From contig MU004231.1 of assembly GCA_010405405.1 (NCBI GenBank), positions 1,371,784 to 1,435,783 on the forward strand: a DNA stretch of 64,000 nucleotides, in the 5' to 3' direction. The notes under the pieces are model-generated. The model ran no database searches. It was not told the origin of the DNA and saw only the letters and a list, made by a program, of their open reading frames with translations. The position numbers and the translations under genes are program-made. This document shows, piece by piece, positions 16,401-30,399 of the stretch (positions within the stretch are counted from its first letter, which is position 1; every line of letters begins with the position of its first letter). This DNA is from Microthyrium microscopicum (lineage: Eukaryota).

Positions 16401-19400
16401 ATGCTATAGCTTATAATAATTAAAGAGAGTAGAGAATTAGAGGTCCTTATCCTTAATATTAGCTCTTATTATTTTAGATTAATTAAGAGTTAAAGTAATA
16501 TAGGTTAACATTAAATACGCTACTAGCGTATTTACTATATAATAATTATATATAATTAAAATAACCTAATTTTAGTTAAGACTTAAGAATAAATAAGGTA
16601 GTAGGCTATAAATATTCTTTAAGTTTCTAAGATAGAGAGTTAGTTATTAAGTTATTTAATAGATACTACTTAATAAAGAGGACTATTTATATAAATAATA
16701 TATAATTTAGATTATATATAAGAAATAGAGTAGTAGGCTAGTATTTTATCTAGTATATTAATATAAAAGGATATCTTAAGTAATACTTATTATTTTAAGA
16801 AGTATTTTTAGGCGTTAACTAAGTACTCTAATCTTTAAGCGTAAGAATACTTAGAATATTAAGTTTATTAGTAATGTAAAGATTAGGGGATTAATATTAG
16901 TTAGTTAATATAACTAACTAAAGTCTATATATCTTAAGCATAGCTAATTAGTAAGGAATAGATAAAATACTTAGTATTTAACCTATTTCTATTAGGTTAA
17001 AAGGAACTAATAAGATAATTATAATTATAGGGTAGCGATTAGGCGTTTAAATAGCTATTACTTACTATAAGCTTTTAAGATAAAGAAAACTTAAAAATAT
17101 TTTTAGAACCTACTATTTCTTAGTTTTGCTTTAGTTAATCTTAGAAAGATAATCTATATTTAGATATTACTTAATTAGTTAAAGGTTAGTATATAAATAA
17201 GGCGTTAGTAGTACTTAATATTTACTAACTAAGTAAATAATAAACTAAATAATATAATATAATAATTTTTTCTTAAGGCAAAAAAATTACGCCTTTTTAT
17301 TTAGCATAGCTACTATCTTTTAATAAATTCTATACTTATTAATCTATTATCCTAAGCTAGGAGTTTATCTTATAATTAAGTAAAGTAGACTTAATTAATA
17401 AGGTTCTAATAAACTCTCCTTAGGAATACTATAGACTATTAATTAAGCTTATCTATAGTACCTTAGTATAGTAATATATCTTCTAAAGATAAAGCGAAAG
17501 GACGATATATAGAATATTATTAATTTAGAAGTATATATAAAGTAGTATATTTTTTAGTAAATAAAAACATTTAGGTAAGTAGTAAGCCTATTAATATTAG
17601 GACGCGTTAAAGGTTTTAATAATATAGACTAAATAAATATTTAGCTAGTATTAACTACGTTATAGCGCTTTCCTTAATAATACTAAATTAGATTAAACCT
17701 TTGCTTACCTTTTATTATTTACCTCTTATTATACTATATCTTCTTATATATTAAACTACTATATTAGAAATTTAGAATAATTAAATATTATATTTCCTTA
17801 AAGCTTTAAAAAGTAGCAAAGCTAGACGTATATAGTACTAAGTAAAGATTAATATTATTATTAAAAAGATTTAAAGATTTACTAGTAATACCTTATTACT
17901 ATTCTTTTATATTATAACTAATCCTATAGTATAACAAGTTTCTACTTAATACTAACGTTTATACTAAGATAGAGGTTAAGTAATTTAGTAAGCCTATATA
18001 TAATTTCCTTATAGTAATTAAAAGAAAGATTAAATAAGAAGAGTTTAATAACTAGCTCTATAAAGAGTATTTAATATATAATAAGACACGTAGTTATAAT
18101 ATAATTATATAAGTAGTTAAAAGGCTTAAGAAATAGATATAATATTAAATTATACTAATATATATATTTATATTCTAACGTTTATAGTATTAAGGTTATC
18201 TTAAATATTACTAAAGCCCTTTAAACTAGATGCTTATATATATATTCTAATACCTTAATATTATTTTAATAAATATGCTTAACTACTTAGACTAAAGCAG
18301 TATAAAGTTATATAGTGCTATAGTAATAGAATTATTTAAAGTATATATAAATATAGTTAGCCTTATTAAGGAGCTCTACGTAACTAGATAGAAGATAATA
18401 ATAGTATAATTAAAAGTTTTATATAACGCAATACTTAGTACGTAATTAATAATAAGATTAATAAGACTAGCTTTATAATACTAGAATAGGGTTATATCCT
18501 TATATATTTAAATAAATATTTAATACAAACTTATAATTAGACTATTTATATATTAATAACTATTACCTTTATATTATAGTTAGTATATCTTATTATAAAA
18601 TCTAGTATAAAGAATTAGACTATAAGATAGTAAGTACTAACTCTATACTAATTAATATTATCATATTAAAATATAGTAGTAATCTAATAAAAGTTTCTAA
18701 GAATATTTAATATTTATAATAACTTAGCTAGAGAGTTAGAACAATACTAGCTATTTTACTAGTATACTAAGTATTTAACGTAATTTTTTTTACTTCTCTT
18801 CTTTATTATCTTTTTAGTATCTAAATTTAGTTTATTTAATTTATAGAAATACTACCCTAAAAAAATAAAAATATTATTTTTAATTATATTATAATTAGTA
18901 CTATTAAATACGTTAATAATATAACGTAATAGTACTTATATATCTTAATTATTATAATAAACCTACTAAAAATACTATTAGTATATAACTATAATAGTAG
19001 ATAATCTAATAGTTAAAAGCATGCTATTCTCTAACCTTAGAATAGAAATATAAGAAAGTCTTATTTACTAACTTATATGCTATAAGTATATAAAACGTCT
19101 ACCTACAAAATTAATAGAAGTTAGAACTCTTACTTATAAAATTATATTTATCTATTATAACTAGGTACTAGAATCTTAATATTATATAGAGCTAACTTCT
19201 AGTAATTACCTATTTAGTACGCTTACTATAAAAATATAAAAGTTTTAGAACTCTTACTAGCTAAAAGTTTAATATATAGCTTAGCTAAAAGTTTATAAAT
19301 ATATAATACTATTCTTAGTAGCTAGTTATAAGCTATTTATCCTTTCTACCTAAATTAACTATAATTTATTAGTTATACTTAACTATACTTATTATAGGTA

Positions 19401-20463
19401 TATAGTACTAATTATCTAAGTTCTTATCTAGTAAGAGTACTATAATGTTTATAAGTAAGAAGGATATAATAAGTATAGAGTAAGTAAAGAGAGAAGTAAG
19501 AATTTATATAGTAGTAGTTTATACGTTAAGAAGAAGCAAAGTATTAAAGATAGTAAATAAATATAATATAGGTCTATTAATAAAGGTCTTAGATTAAATA
19601 GTAAAAAAGGCAAGTAATAACTATTAAAATAGGACTAGCTAATATTTAATATAGTATTAAACTTACTATTAATTAATAATATGCTAAAGAATAAGTAAAT
19701 ATAAATAAAATAATAATAAGTTAGTTAATTAGCAATTCTATAATAAGAATAGAGATAAGAATATAGTACTAAGTCTAACTTTTATAAGTTATAAAGAAAA
19801 GAATAGAGTAGTAGAAATATAGTAAGTATATAGAAGGATATAAAAAAATAAACTAGATAAATAAAGCTAATAATATATATTTTACAAAAGATATTAAAAT
19901 AGTAATAGTTAAAATAATATAGAGTAAGTAGCTCTTACTTAATAAGATATAATTTATCTAGATAGACGTTTCTATTAGTATTTAAACCTTTACTAACTAT
20001 TAAATATTATAAGACTTTACCTTATTTATCCTAGATTTTTAATATTTTAATAACGTTTAATTAGTCTTAACCTATAATAATAACAAAATTCCTATTATAA
20101 GATATAAATACTAACTTTATATTCTATATTATTTATATAGTTATTTTACTTCTACTTTATACTATAAAGTTATTATAATATCTAAGGTTATTATACTAGA
20201 AATATAATAAAATTAGGTAGTTAAATAATAAGTATTTAGTTATATCTTCTAGATTAGGTAGAAATAGTAAATAATAATGCTTTATATATTTATAAAGAAT
20301 ATAATTAATAAGTATATATATTAGATATAAGAGTAGAAGAGTACTAAGATTAATATAGTTATAAAGAATTAAAGAAAAAATATAGTATTAAGTAAGCTAT
20401 TAGAACTATTTAGTAATACCTAGTATAGTAATAATAAAAAAGACTTTATTATGCTAACTTAAT

Positions 20464-21075
20464 AGATAATAAAGATAGTATCCCTAAGTTAAATCTATCT
20501 TAGTATACTTTTAAGAGCTACTACTTAGCTAATAAAGATACTATTCTTAAATTAAAACTAGCGTGACTATTTTAGAGAACTATTATATAACTAATATAAA
20601 TACTATTCTTAGATTAAAACTAACGTAACTATTTTTAATTAATATAAATTAGCTAATATAGAAACTATCCTTAGATTAAAACTAATACAACTATTTTTAA
20701 TTAATATAAATTAGCTAATATAAAAACTATCTCTAAATTAAAACTAACGTAACTATTTTTAATTAATACGAATTAGCTAACATAGAAACTATCCCTAAAT
20801 TAAAACTAATATAACTATTTTTAAGTAATATAAATTAGCTAATAAAGAAACCATCCCTAAATTAAAACTACTATAGCTATTTTTAAGTAATATAATATAG
20901 CTAATAAAGAAACTATCCCTAAATTAAAACTACTATAGTTGTTTTTAAACAATATAATATAGCTAATAAAGAAACTATACCTAAATTATAATTACTATAG
21001 CTATTTTTAAACGATATAATATAGCTAATAAAGAAACTATACCTAAATTAAAATTACTATAGCCTTTTTAAATAT
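20464..21075. repeat. 62-bp minisatellite, ~10 copies
   Basis: The agctaa(t/c) anchor recurs at 20527, 20589 (aactaat), 20651, 20713, 20775, 20837, 20899, 20961 and 21023 (exact 62-bp spacing), plus a diverged copy at 20464. Confidence 0.93.
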
Positions 21076-24000
21076 ATATTATATAGGTAGCATAGCTAAT
21101 ACTAGTACGTTAGATTCTAAGGAGCAATTTTTAAGAGGTACTTATCTAACTATATAATTAGTATAAATACTTACTAACTACGTAAGATTTTAGCCTTTAA
21201 GAGAATATACTATATATATTTTATATATTATATAGAAATATATCTTCCTTACTTATATCTAGGACGTATACTCTATCTAACATAAATATATTTAGATATT
21301 TATAATACCTTAATAAATAAATAGAAAGTAATTAGTAGATACAAAATATAGTAAAAGTCTATATAATATATAAGTATATTCCTTAAAGTATAGCTATTTA
21401 TATAAGGTATATTATAAGATTCTATATATTAAAAAGGCTAAAATATACTAATACATTAGAAGTAATACTATAAGTTATATATTTCTAAATTATTTGCTAT
21501 AACTATAGTATATATAAGAATAAAGATAAGCTTACTTACTAAAGTATTTAAATCGTAAAAGGATAATTAAAGTTAGAAATAAAAAATAACGTAAGTTATA
21601 TATAAAAGCTAAACCTTAGGTAAGTATATTATTTAACATTAGCCTAAATAAGTCTAACGTTAAATAATATACCTAGTTAACGCTTTAACGTTAGGCTATA
21701 GATAGAGTAAATATTAAGCTAATATTATAGTTTCTTAAGTTAAATCTTTAAATATTAAGATTAACTAAACTAGTAAGCTAATTAATACTAAATCTTTAAT
21801 TCCTTAGCTATAGACTTTACTAACTTATTTATAATATTAATTATTAACTCTAGTTTCTAAAAAATAGTAAGAAGTAAATATAAATAACTACTATCTTTAA
21901 TATAATATAAGCGTAATATAGGCTAATTATTACGTATAAGTAAGTATAACTAGTTTATTAACTAGTTTTACTAATTACTATATTAAGATAGATAAAAGCA
22001 GGATAGTAGGTTTAAGATAACTAAGTAGAATTAAATAAGTAACTAAATTAATAGCTATTTGTATTATATTTATATAAGTAAGTATTCCTTAAATTTTAGA
22101 TTTTCTATATACTAATACTATATTCCTATTACTTATTATATATATAGATATATTAAATTAGCCTTAAGATGCCTAGTTTATAATAAAATATATTATTACG
22201 TTTATTACTATCTATAAAATATACTAGAAGTAAAACTTAACTAAATGCTTATTATAGCCTTTTAATTACTTATAACTATTGCCTAAAATAAGATAGTTAA
22301 AAGAGTTCTAGAAATAGCCTATTATAATACTATAGGCTTTTATAATTATTAGCTAAGAAGGACTAGTTAAATTAAGTAATAGTAAAATACTAATTATAGC
22401 TATATTAACTCTTACAACTATTGCTTATTAAGATGTATCTAATTTAAGTATTAAAGAAAGTCCCTATTCTAACACTATAAGCTAATCCATAAGTCTAAAT
22501 ACTCTAAAGAATACTACTACTAAAGCTAAGAACCTACCTATCTGCTATTAACCTAATAAAAACTATCTATTAATTTATATAGAAGATATAACGTAACTAT
22601 TACTCTTTAGTAGTTATTAAATTATATAGTTACTTATACTAGGTAGAATTCTACTTATTAGTAATATAGCCTTTATAATTAATTAAGATAATAGTATTTA
22701 GGCATAGGGCTAAACTTAATATCTACTAAACTAGTACTATATATACTATATAAAGATATAAGGCTATTTACTTTATTCTTTATATAATTAGTAATATAGT
22801 ACTTATAAATAAGTAAGATAGTATCTAGGGCCTTAATAACTTTTACTAAATAAGTATCTAAGCTAATACAAAAGAATATAACCTAGTTACGCTAACTAAA
22901 GTCTTAGTATTAATATCCTTAGATATAACTTATAAATTATATCTTAACTTAACCTTATTATTCTTACCTACTAAGCCCTTCTCTATCTTTTTAATAAGAC
23001 TAAGTAAATTACTTAAATTTATACTACTCTTAATACTTATGCTAGCTTTATTAACCCTAACTTACTTACTATTTAGACTTTTCTCTTCTATATCTTTTAT
23101 TACTTTTACTAACTACACTATTACTATCTTGCACAATCTTACTCTATAAGCTTACTAGCTTATTAAAGGAGGTAAACTATTTAACGCTTATAACGTGTTT
23201 TGTTATACTATTAAACTTAATGCTATTATTTTACTTAATTATAATAGTATACACAAATTAGTTAATAGTCTTTAAGTAACTAATATTATTTACTAAGTTA
23301 ACTAGGATAAAGGCGTAGGCCTATATAATAATTTTAGGGCTACTTATTATAGTAGTATAAATATCTATATCTACTACTTAGAAGAATATAGCTAGAGTAA
23401 AGATAGAAAGTACTATAACTATACTAGGATACTACTTAGAGCTATTACTTATATTATATTTAGATAAGCTCTCTATTAATATAATAAGGTATAAAGGACT
23501 TTGCTCTATAGTAGATAACTATAGAGTAGTTAAACTAATTATAACTAGTATTATAACTACTTTAAAGTTAATCTAAGACGAAAAGAATAAGAAACAAGAA
23601 TTAGAGTACTATAAAGTCTAGAAAGTACTTATTTAGGTAATCTAGCCTAGTAATAATATTACAATTAACGAATTTTATAATATAATAATAGCTACCTTTA
23701 TTAATTACTATAAAGAAGTCTACTCTATAGTACTACTATAGAGTAGCTAGACTACCTCTAACTAGTAGTTATTATAACTACTTTAGAGTAGTTTCTATAT
23801 AAAGATTGCACATAAGGAAGTTAAATATAGCTTATTATTAAAATATACTAGTTATACTCTTATAATAGGTATTTACCTAAGTTCTAGCTATATAAGGAAG
23901 TGTAAGTATTAATTTTAAGTAGGATAAAGATAGAGCTATTAAGAGCTAAATGCCTAAAACTATAGGTATAGTAATATCTTTATTAATAATATAGTATACC

Positions 24001-24885
24001 TTTAATAAAAGCTACTAAATAGATCTAAACGTATATTAATTTATAGTAATATTACTCTACTACTTTTAAATTATATCTTTACTATCTTAAAACTAATATA
24101 GTATTTAGTAATAACGCCTAAGAACTATAGGCATAGTAGCTAGATACTTAGAACTATAAATATAAAATAAGTAGAGCTTCTACCTTCTTACTAATATCTT
24201 GCTATAAATTAACTATACTTCTAAGACTTTATAGTCTTTTAGTAGATATTAAAAGAATAAGCGTAGCTTATAATACTAATATTAAAGTAAATAGAGTAAT
24301 TAAAGACTATATTCTAAGTAATATAAGACTTAGCATAGGTAGCGTCTTCTCCTTATTATACTTATCTTATATTATAATAATGCTAATAATATTAATACTT
24401 ATTAGTCTACTAAGGACGTACTTTTTCTTATTATATTTCTTTAGTTCTTTTAGGCTATTTATTCTTAGAAAGTAATTTTATAGCCTTAGCTATAATTTCT
24501 ATATAAAACTTTACGCATCTTAATAAAAGATTTATTATTTAATCCCTAGTACGTATAAGGGATTTAGAAATTAGTATATAGAGGATAGTTTATAGAATTA
24601 TTACTAAATAAAGGTAGAATAGCTAGGTAGGCTAATTAATCTTTAACTTCTTCCTTAGTATATTGTATATCTATTAGTAATATAATTTTAAGTTGCTTAC
24701 TATTAGAGTTAGTAGTTCTACTAAGTAAAATAATAAATAAAGATAGAATTCTAAAGGATAAAATATTACGTAGTAGTAAGAGTTTATAGTAAGTTATAGT
24801 TTATATAAATATATTATATTATATATCTTTATATAATAGCAAATAGCTTTACGTAATATTATATAATATTAAACGTATTAATTGC

Positions 24886-24964
24886 TATTAAACTATATTA
24901 AACTATATTAAACTATATTAAACTATATTAAATAATATTAAACATTATTAAACATTATTAAATA
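24886..24964. repeat. 10-bp tandem array, ~8 copies (aactatatta / aacattatta)
   Basis: Directly visible periodicity; followed by taaacgttttaaacgtttta at ~24993. Confidence 0.85.
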
Positions 24965-26584
24965 CTTTTATATAAATACTTAAATAAATACCTAAACGTT
25001 TTAAACGTTTTAGCTTAGATTAGGAGTTACTAAAATATAAGAACCTAGGTAATAAGTTATTATTTAAGATACTTTTACTAATAGTCTTTACGTAATAGAA
25101 TACGTATTTTTAATAAGTTTATTTTACCTAATTATATTTACCTAATTAACTATAAATTAATACTTATAATAGTAATTATTCTTTTACTAGACTATCTATA
25201 TAAATAATATATTCTATATCTTATAAGTAATAGCATTTTATTTTAATATATTATATAAAAAAGAATTATTAATATACTAATCTTTTCTATAATAACCTAG
25301 CCTAGCTATCTTTATTAATAGGGTTCTATATATTTACTAATAAAAAAATAAGAACTTTATAAATACTTTTGCTAATAGTACTAGAAAGTAGTCTAATGTA
25401 GTATTTTATAATTAAATTAGGCTATACTAAGAGTAAATTAATATAATGGTTTTCTTTTTTAATAACTAATAGTAAATATCTTTAAGTCTACCTATTAGCG
25501 CTTATAATTAGTACTAGCCTTAATAGCTAAGGAATAATATATATAACTAGCTATAATACCTCTAATTAACGTACTCTAGTATACTACCTATACTTAGNNN
25601 NNNNNNNNNNNNNNNNNNNNNNNNNNNNNNNNNNNNNNNNNNNNNNNNNNNNNNNNNNNNNNNNNNNNNNNNNNNNNNNNNNNNNNNNNNNNNNNNNNNN
25701 NNNNNNNNNNNNNNNNNNNNNNNNNNNNNNNNNNNNNNNNNNNNNNNNNNNNNNNNNNNNNNNNNNNNNNNNNNNNNNNNNNNNNNNNNNNNNNNNNNNN
25801 NNNNNNNNNNNNNNNNNNNNNNNNNNNNNNNNNNNNNNNNNNNNNNNNNNNNNNNNNNNNNNNNNNNNNNNNNNNNNNNNNNNNNNNNNNNNNNNNNNNN
25901 NNNNNNNNNNNNNNNNNNNNNNNNNNNNNNNNNNNNNNNNNNNNNNNNNNNNNNNNNNNNNNNNNNNNNNNNNNNNNNNNNNNNNNNNNNNNNNNNNNNN
26001 NNNNNNNNNNNNNNNNNNNNNNNNNNNNNNNNNNNNNNNNNNNNNNNNNNNNNNNNNNNNNNNNNNNNNNNNNNNNNNNNNNNNNNNNNNNNNNNNNNNN
26101 NNNNNNNNNNNNNNNNNNNNNNNNNNNNNNNNNNNNNNNNNNNNNNNNNNNNNNNNNNNNNNNNNNNNNNNNNNNNNNNNNNNNNNNNNNNNNNNNNNNN
26201 NNNNNNNNNNNNNNNNNNNNNNNNNNNNNNNNNNNNNNNNNNNNNNNNNNNNNNNNNNNNNNNNNNNNNNNNNNNNNNNNNNNNNNNNNNNNNNNNNNNN
26301 NNNNNNNNNNNNNNNNNNNNNNNNNNNNNNNNNNNNNTATTAATTATATTAAACTCTACTTAACTAAATAACCTAAATGCCTTAAAAGTAATATTATTAA
26401 AACTAAATTATTATTAAATATACTATATAAGTAACCTAACGTATTACTAATATAATATTTTCTCTTCTTTATTATAACTTCTATCTTTTTAGTATTATTA
26501 TTTAAGTATATAAAATACTATATAGGACTAAAGACTAGATAATAATTTAGGAAGCTACTACTATATAATAGCTTATTATTAAAG

Positions 26585-26790
26585 ATTTAACTATAGGAAG
26601 GTTCTAATATAGAATACTAACTAGTTTTATAGTAATACTCTAAAAGCTAGAAAGTTCTAATTAGGACTACTTTTTAACTCTTTAGTAACGATTTAAAAGC
26701 TAGGATATTTAAATTAGGACTATCTACTAGTTATTTAGTAATAATCTAAAAGCTAACGTATTTAAGTTAGGACTACTTACTAGTAAACTA
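26585..26790. repeat. 53-bp degenerate tandem repeat (~4 copies)
   Basis: taaaagct...ttaggacta anchors at 26641, 26694 and 26747; weaker copy at 26588. Confidence 0.65.
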
Positions 26791-28195
26791 ATATTATATT
26801 TACTAGCTACTCTCTTTAAACTTTACTATATAATAAAATAAATAAGTAGTAAGTATAATATATTTCTTAAGTTATATATTTTAAGAAATTTCTAATATTG
26901 TAGTAGTCCTTAGACTAGTAATTACGCTATAATTTTAGCTATATTACCCTAAGCCTCTCTCTAAAGGATTCTTATTAAAGTTAAAACTATAATTATATAA
27001 GACTTAGAGCTATTTAAGGAGCCTAATACTTTAAGAAAGTTATCTAGGACTATTTATTAGTTTTTTAGCCTTATTTTAATAGCTAGAATATTTAAGTTAG
27101 AACTACCTAAAGATTAACTATCTAAACTTAAGATATATTTATTATCTATTTAGGTTACTACTATTACTAGCCCTTAGGAAAATATTTATCTAAACTTTAA
27201 TACGAATAAAATTAGCTTACTATAGCAATTATTCTTTATATAATATTAGACTTAAAAGATCTAAGTCTCTATTATTACTTATACTTAGAAATATCTTAAT
27301 CTAAAGCCTAATATAACTAGGAGTAGCTTATTATAGTATAAACTATATTTAAATATAACGTTAATAATAATAAGTATACGCTAAATCTAGCCTTTAATAT
27401 ATTTAAACTACGTAATAAATATAACTAGGAGTAGTTAAGCCTATTCTAAGTAGACCTTAATGTTATTTAATACTCCTTATAACTACTAAGCTCCTAAAAG
27501 CTTTAGGAATTTACTTACTTACTACAATACTAGTTATATTTAAATATAAGGTTTTAAATTAGAAGAGTATATTAGTATATAATATACTAAGTAGTAACGA
27601 TAAGGACCTCTAGCCTAAATTAAAGTTAATAACTATAGGTAGTAAATACTTACTAAACTACTCTTTTATATATACTAATAGGAGTACTAGTTATTATAAA
27701 TAAATAATTAAATATAATAGTATATTAGCACTACTTAAAGTTAGTAACTATAGTATATATAAAAGGTAAGTTACTCTTTATATTATTTAACTAAGACTAA
27801 TATCTATAGCATTATACTCTCTTAGTTTTATGCTCTTAATAATACTACTAATATAACTATTAACTACTCTTCTCTAAATTATAAATATCCTTATAGACTA
27901 CCTAAGATATACTTAGCCTTATATTTTTAAAACTAATAATGCTAATATCTTTATATTAATGAGAAGTTTAAATTTACTTATAGCATATTAGCTATATTAA
28001 AAATAGACTTAAATATTAGCAAAAATACTCCTATATATTCTACTTAAGACTATATTAATTAACGCTAAGAATTATAAATATGCTAGTTATTAGCTATCCT
28101 ATTTAATTAATAGAATAAGCTACCTAAATAGTAAAAGCTAAATATAAAGGTAAAAATATGCTTAAAAAGCCTAACTTAAGAAGCTTATAGATAGA

Positions 28196-28516
28196 ATACG
28201 CTATTAAAACTTATACTACTAATATAGTAAAAGTTAAGGCTAGGTTATTAAAATCTCTAAGTTTAATAATAGGACTCTCCTTTATATTAATAAGGCTTAT
28301 ATATAAGATACGCTACTAGAACTTATACTATTAATATAGCTAAAATTAAGGCTAGGTAATTAAAATCTCTAAGTTTAATAATAGGAACCTTTTTTATATT
28401 AATAAGGCTTACGTATAAGATATACTACTAGAACTTGTACTATTAATATAGTTAAAATTAAGGCTAGGTTATAAAATTTCTAAAACTAATAACGCTAACC
28501 TTCTCTATATTAATAA
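28196..28516. repeat. 112-bp tandem repeat (~2.8 copies)
   Basis: ata(cg/ta)cta..a.aact...aaggctagg at 28196, 28308 and 28420. Confidence 0.88.
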
Positions 28517-30399
28517 GAAATCTAAATTCACTTATAGTATATTGCCTTCCTTAATTATAAACGTAATTATATATAGAAATAATTATAAATATATTCCTTA
28601 AGATAATCCTAACTAACTTTAAAAACTATAAATATACTAAAAGCTAGTTAATACTAACTAACTAATATCTTTTAAATTAATAATAGAAACCTTATACTTC
28701 TAAGGATAATATATAGTTTACTATAGGCTTATTATTAAGTACCTTAAATATAGGCTCCTAGTAAAATAAGCCTATTATTAGCTACCTTAAGTATAGGTTT
28801 ATAGACAAGCTAAAATAGTCCTAGTTAAATTAATTAAGGCTAGTTGTCTAATATTAAGAATTTTAAATATACTAAACTTAAACTCTTGCCTATTATACGT
28901 TTAATAAAACTAGAATCTTTTAGTTATATAGTAGATTATAAAGAAATACTTAAATAACTAAAAATACTATATTAATTAAAGATAATAGCTTTATTATAGT
29001 ATTAAAATATAACTAAAGAAACTAGTAAGACTTAACTATTACTTAGTAAAGATATAATTATTTAAAACTTAGAGCTATTTAATAAGCTAACTTTATATAG
29101 TATCTATAAAGAGTATTAGTTTCTTTCTAAGCTAATAAACTTTAACTTTATTCTTAAAATTTTAGTTAATAAATTTTAAGTCTTATACTATAAATAGTAT
29201 AAAAGTTTTTACCTATATTATAAGTTTAATATTATATAGGGGTATAATAAAGACTAGTTCTTAAAAACGCTTTATTATCTAAGTACTAAAACTAATCTAT
29301 TTATCTAGTAAGAATAATAGATTAGTAATAATAAATAAGAGAATAAAAAATACCTTTCTATATACTCTATTTACCTTAATAGCGTTAATACTTAGCTAAT
29401 TAATCCTATAGAACTAGCCTTAATAAATAAAGTAGCTTATTATATACTACGCTATTAAGAACTACTTTAATAACTAGGTAGTTTAGAATATTAGACTTAA
29501 TATATATTATTAAGTTGCTATAGTATTATCTAGCTACCTTTAAGTTATATTTTTAATATCTTAAAACTAAGAAAGTTTCTAGTAATAACGTCTAGGATAA
29601 AAAGAATAAAAAATAAGAAGCAAATTATTATAAAGTCTAGGAAGTATTTTTTTATACTATTTAGTTTATAAATAAAATACTTAAAAGTATTCTTTATATA
29701 TAAACAAAATAGAATAAACTATATATTAGCTAAAATAAAGTATCTATATCTTAATACGTATAGTTTAACTAAATAAGGTATCTTAATATTATTAAATTAG
29801 CTCTAATTATCTAATATATTTAGTAAAAGTACTTATACGCTATTTCTTATTTATAGCTACTTTATATATATATAGATAAGGAATAGTAGTTAGTATATAA
29901 CTAATAAGTTAATTTAACTATTAGTAAGTAAGAGAACTATAACTAAGGCAATATTTATATTAGTTTATATTACTTAGGAGAAATACTACGTTATAGTATA
30001 AAAAGATATAGGTAGTATATAGTTTAAAGTAATTAACTTTTAAACTATAACTAGCTTATATTAATAAAGGCTAATAGATAATTACTTATAAATAACTATA
30101 TAAATATAATTACTATAGTAGTAACTAGAATCTATAGGAATTCTACGAAATATTATAATATAAGGAACTAACGTATAAGGTATTATATTAATTTTAATCC
30201 TCTCTAATATCTTATTATAGGTCTTAACTAACTATATCCTAAAATATACCTTACTATAAGTACTAATATAATTTAAACTATAAATATAATACTACTATAA
30301 AAGGGTTTAGACATTAGATTATTCTATATTATACCTTTATTAAATTAAGAGTAGAAAACTTAAGGATTTCTAGTGCTTTATAATTAAAGTTATCTTTAA

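Noticed and set aside
20464..21075. 62-bp array as a CRISPR array or as repeated micro-exon/intron units
   Set aside because: Whole units are repeated with no unique spacers, in a eukaryotic context. The GTAACT..GCTAAC.TAG stretch would give only a 37-nt intron, and the donor is absent from most units.
29900..30250. Possible Ulp1-like protease remnant on the + strand
   Set aside because: His- and Gln-like positions are suggestive, but the codon at the expected catalytic Cys is TAA, which RIP cannot derive from TGY.
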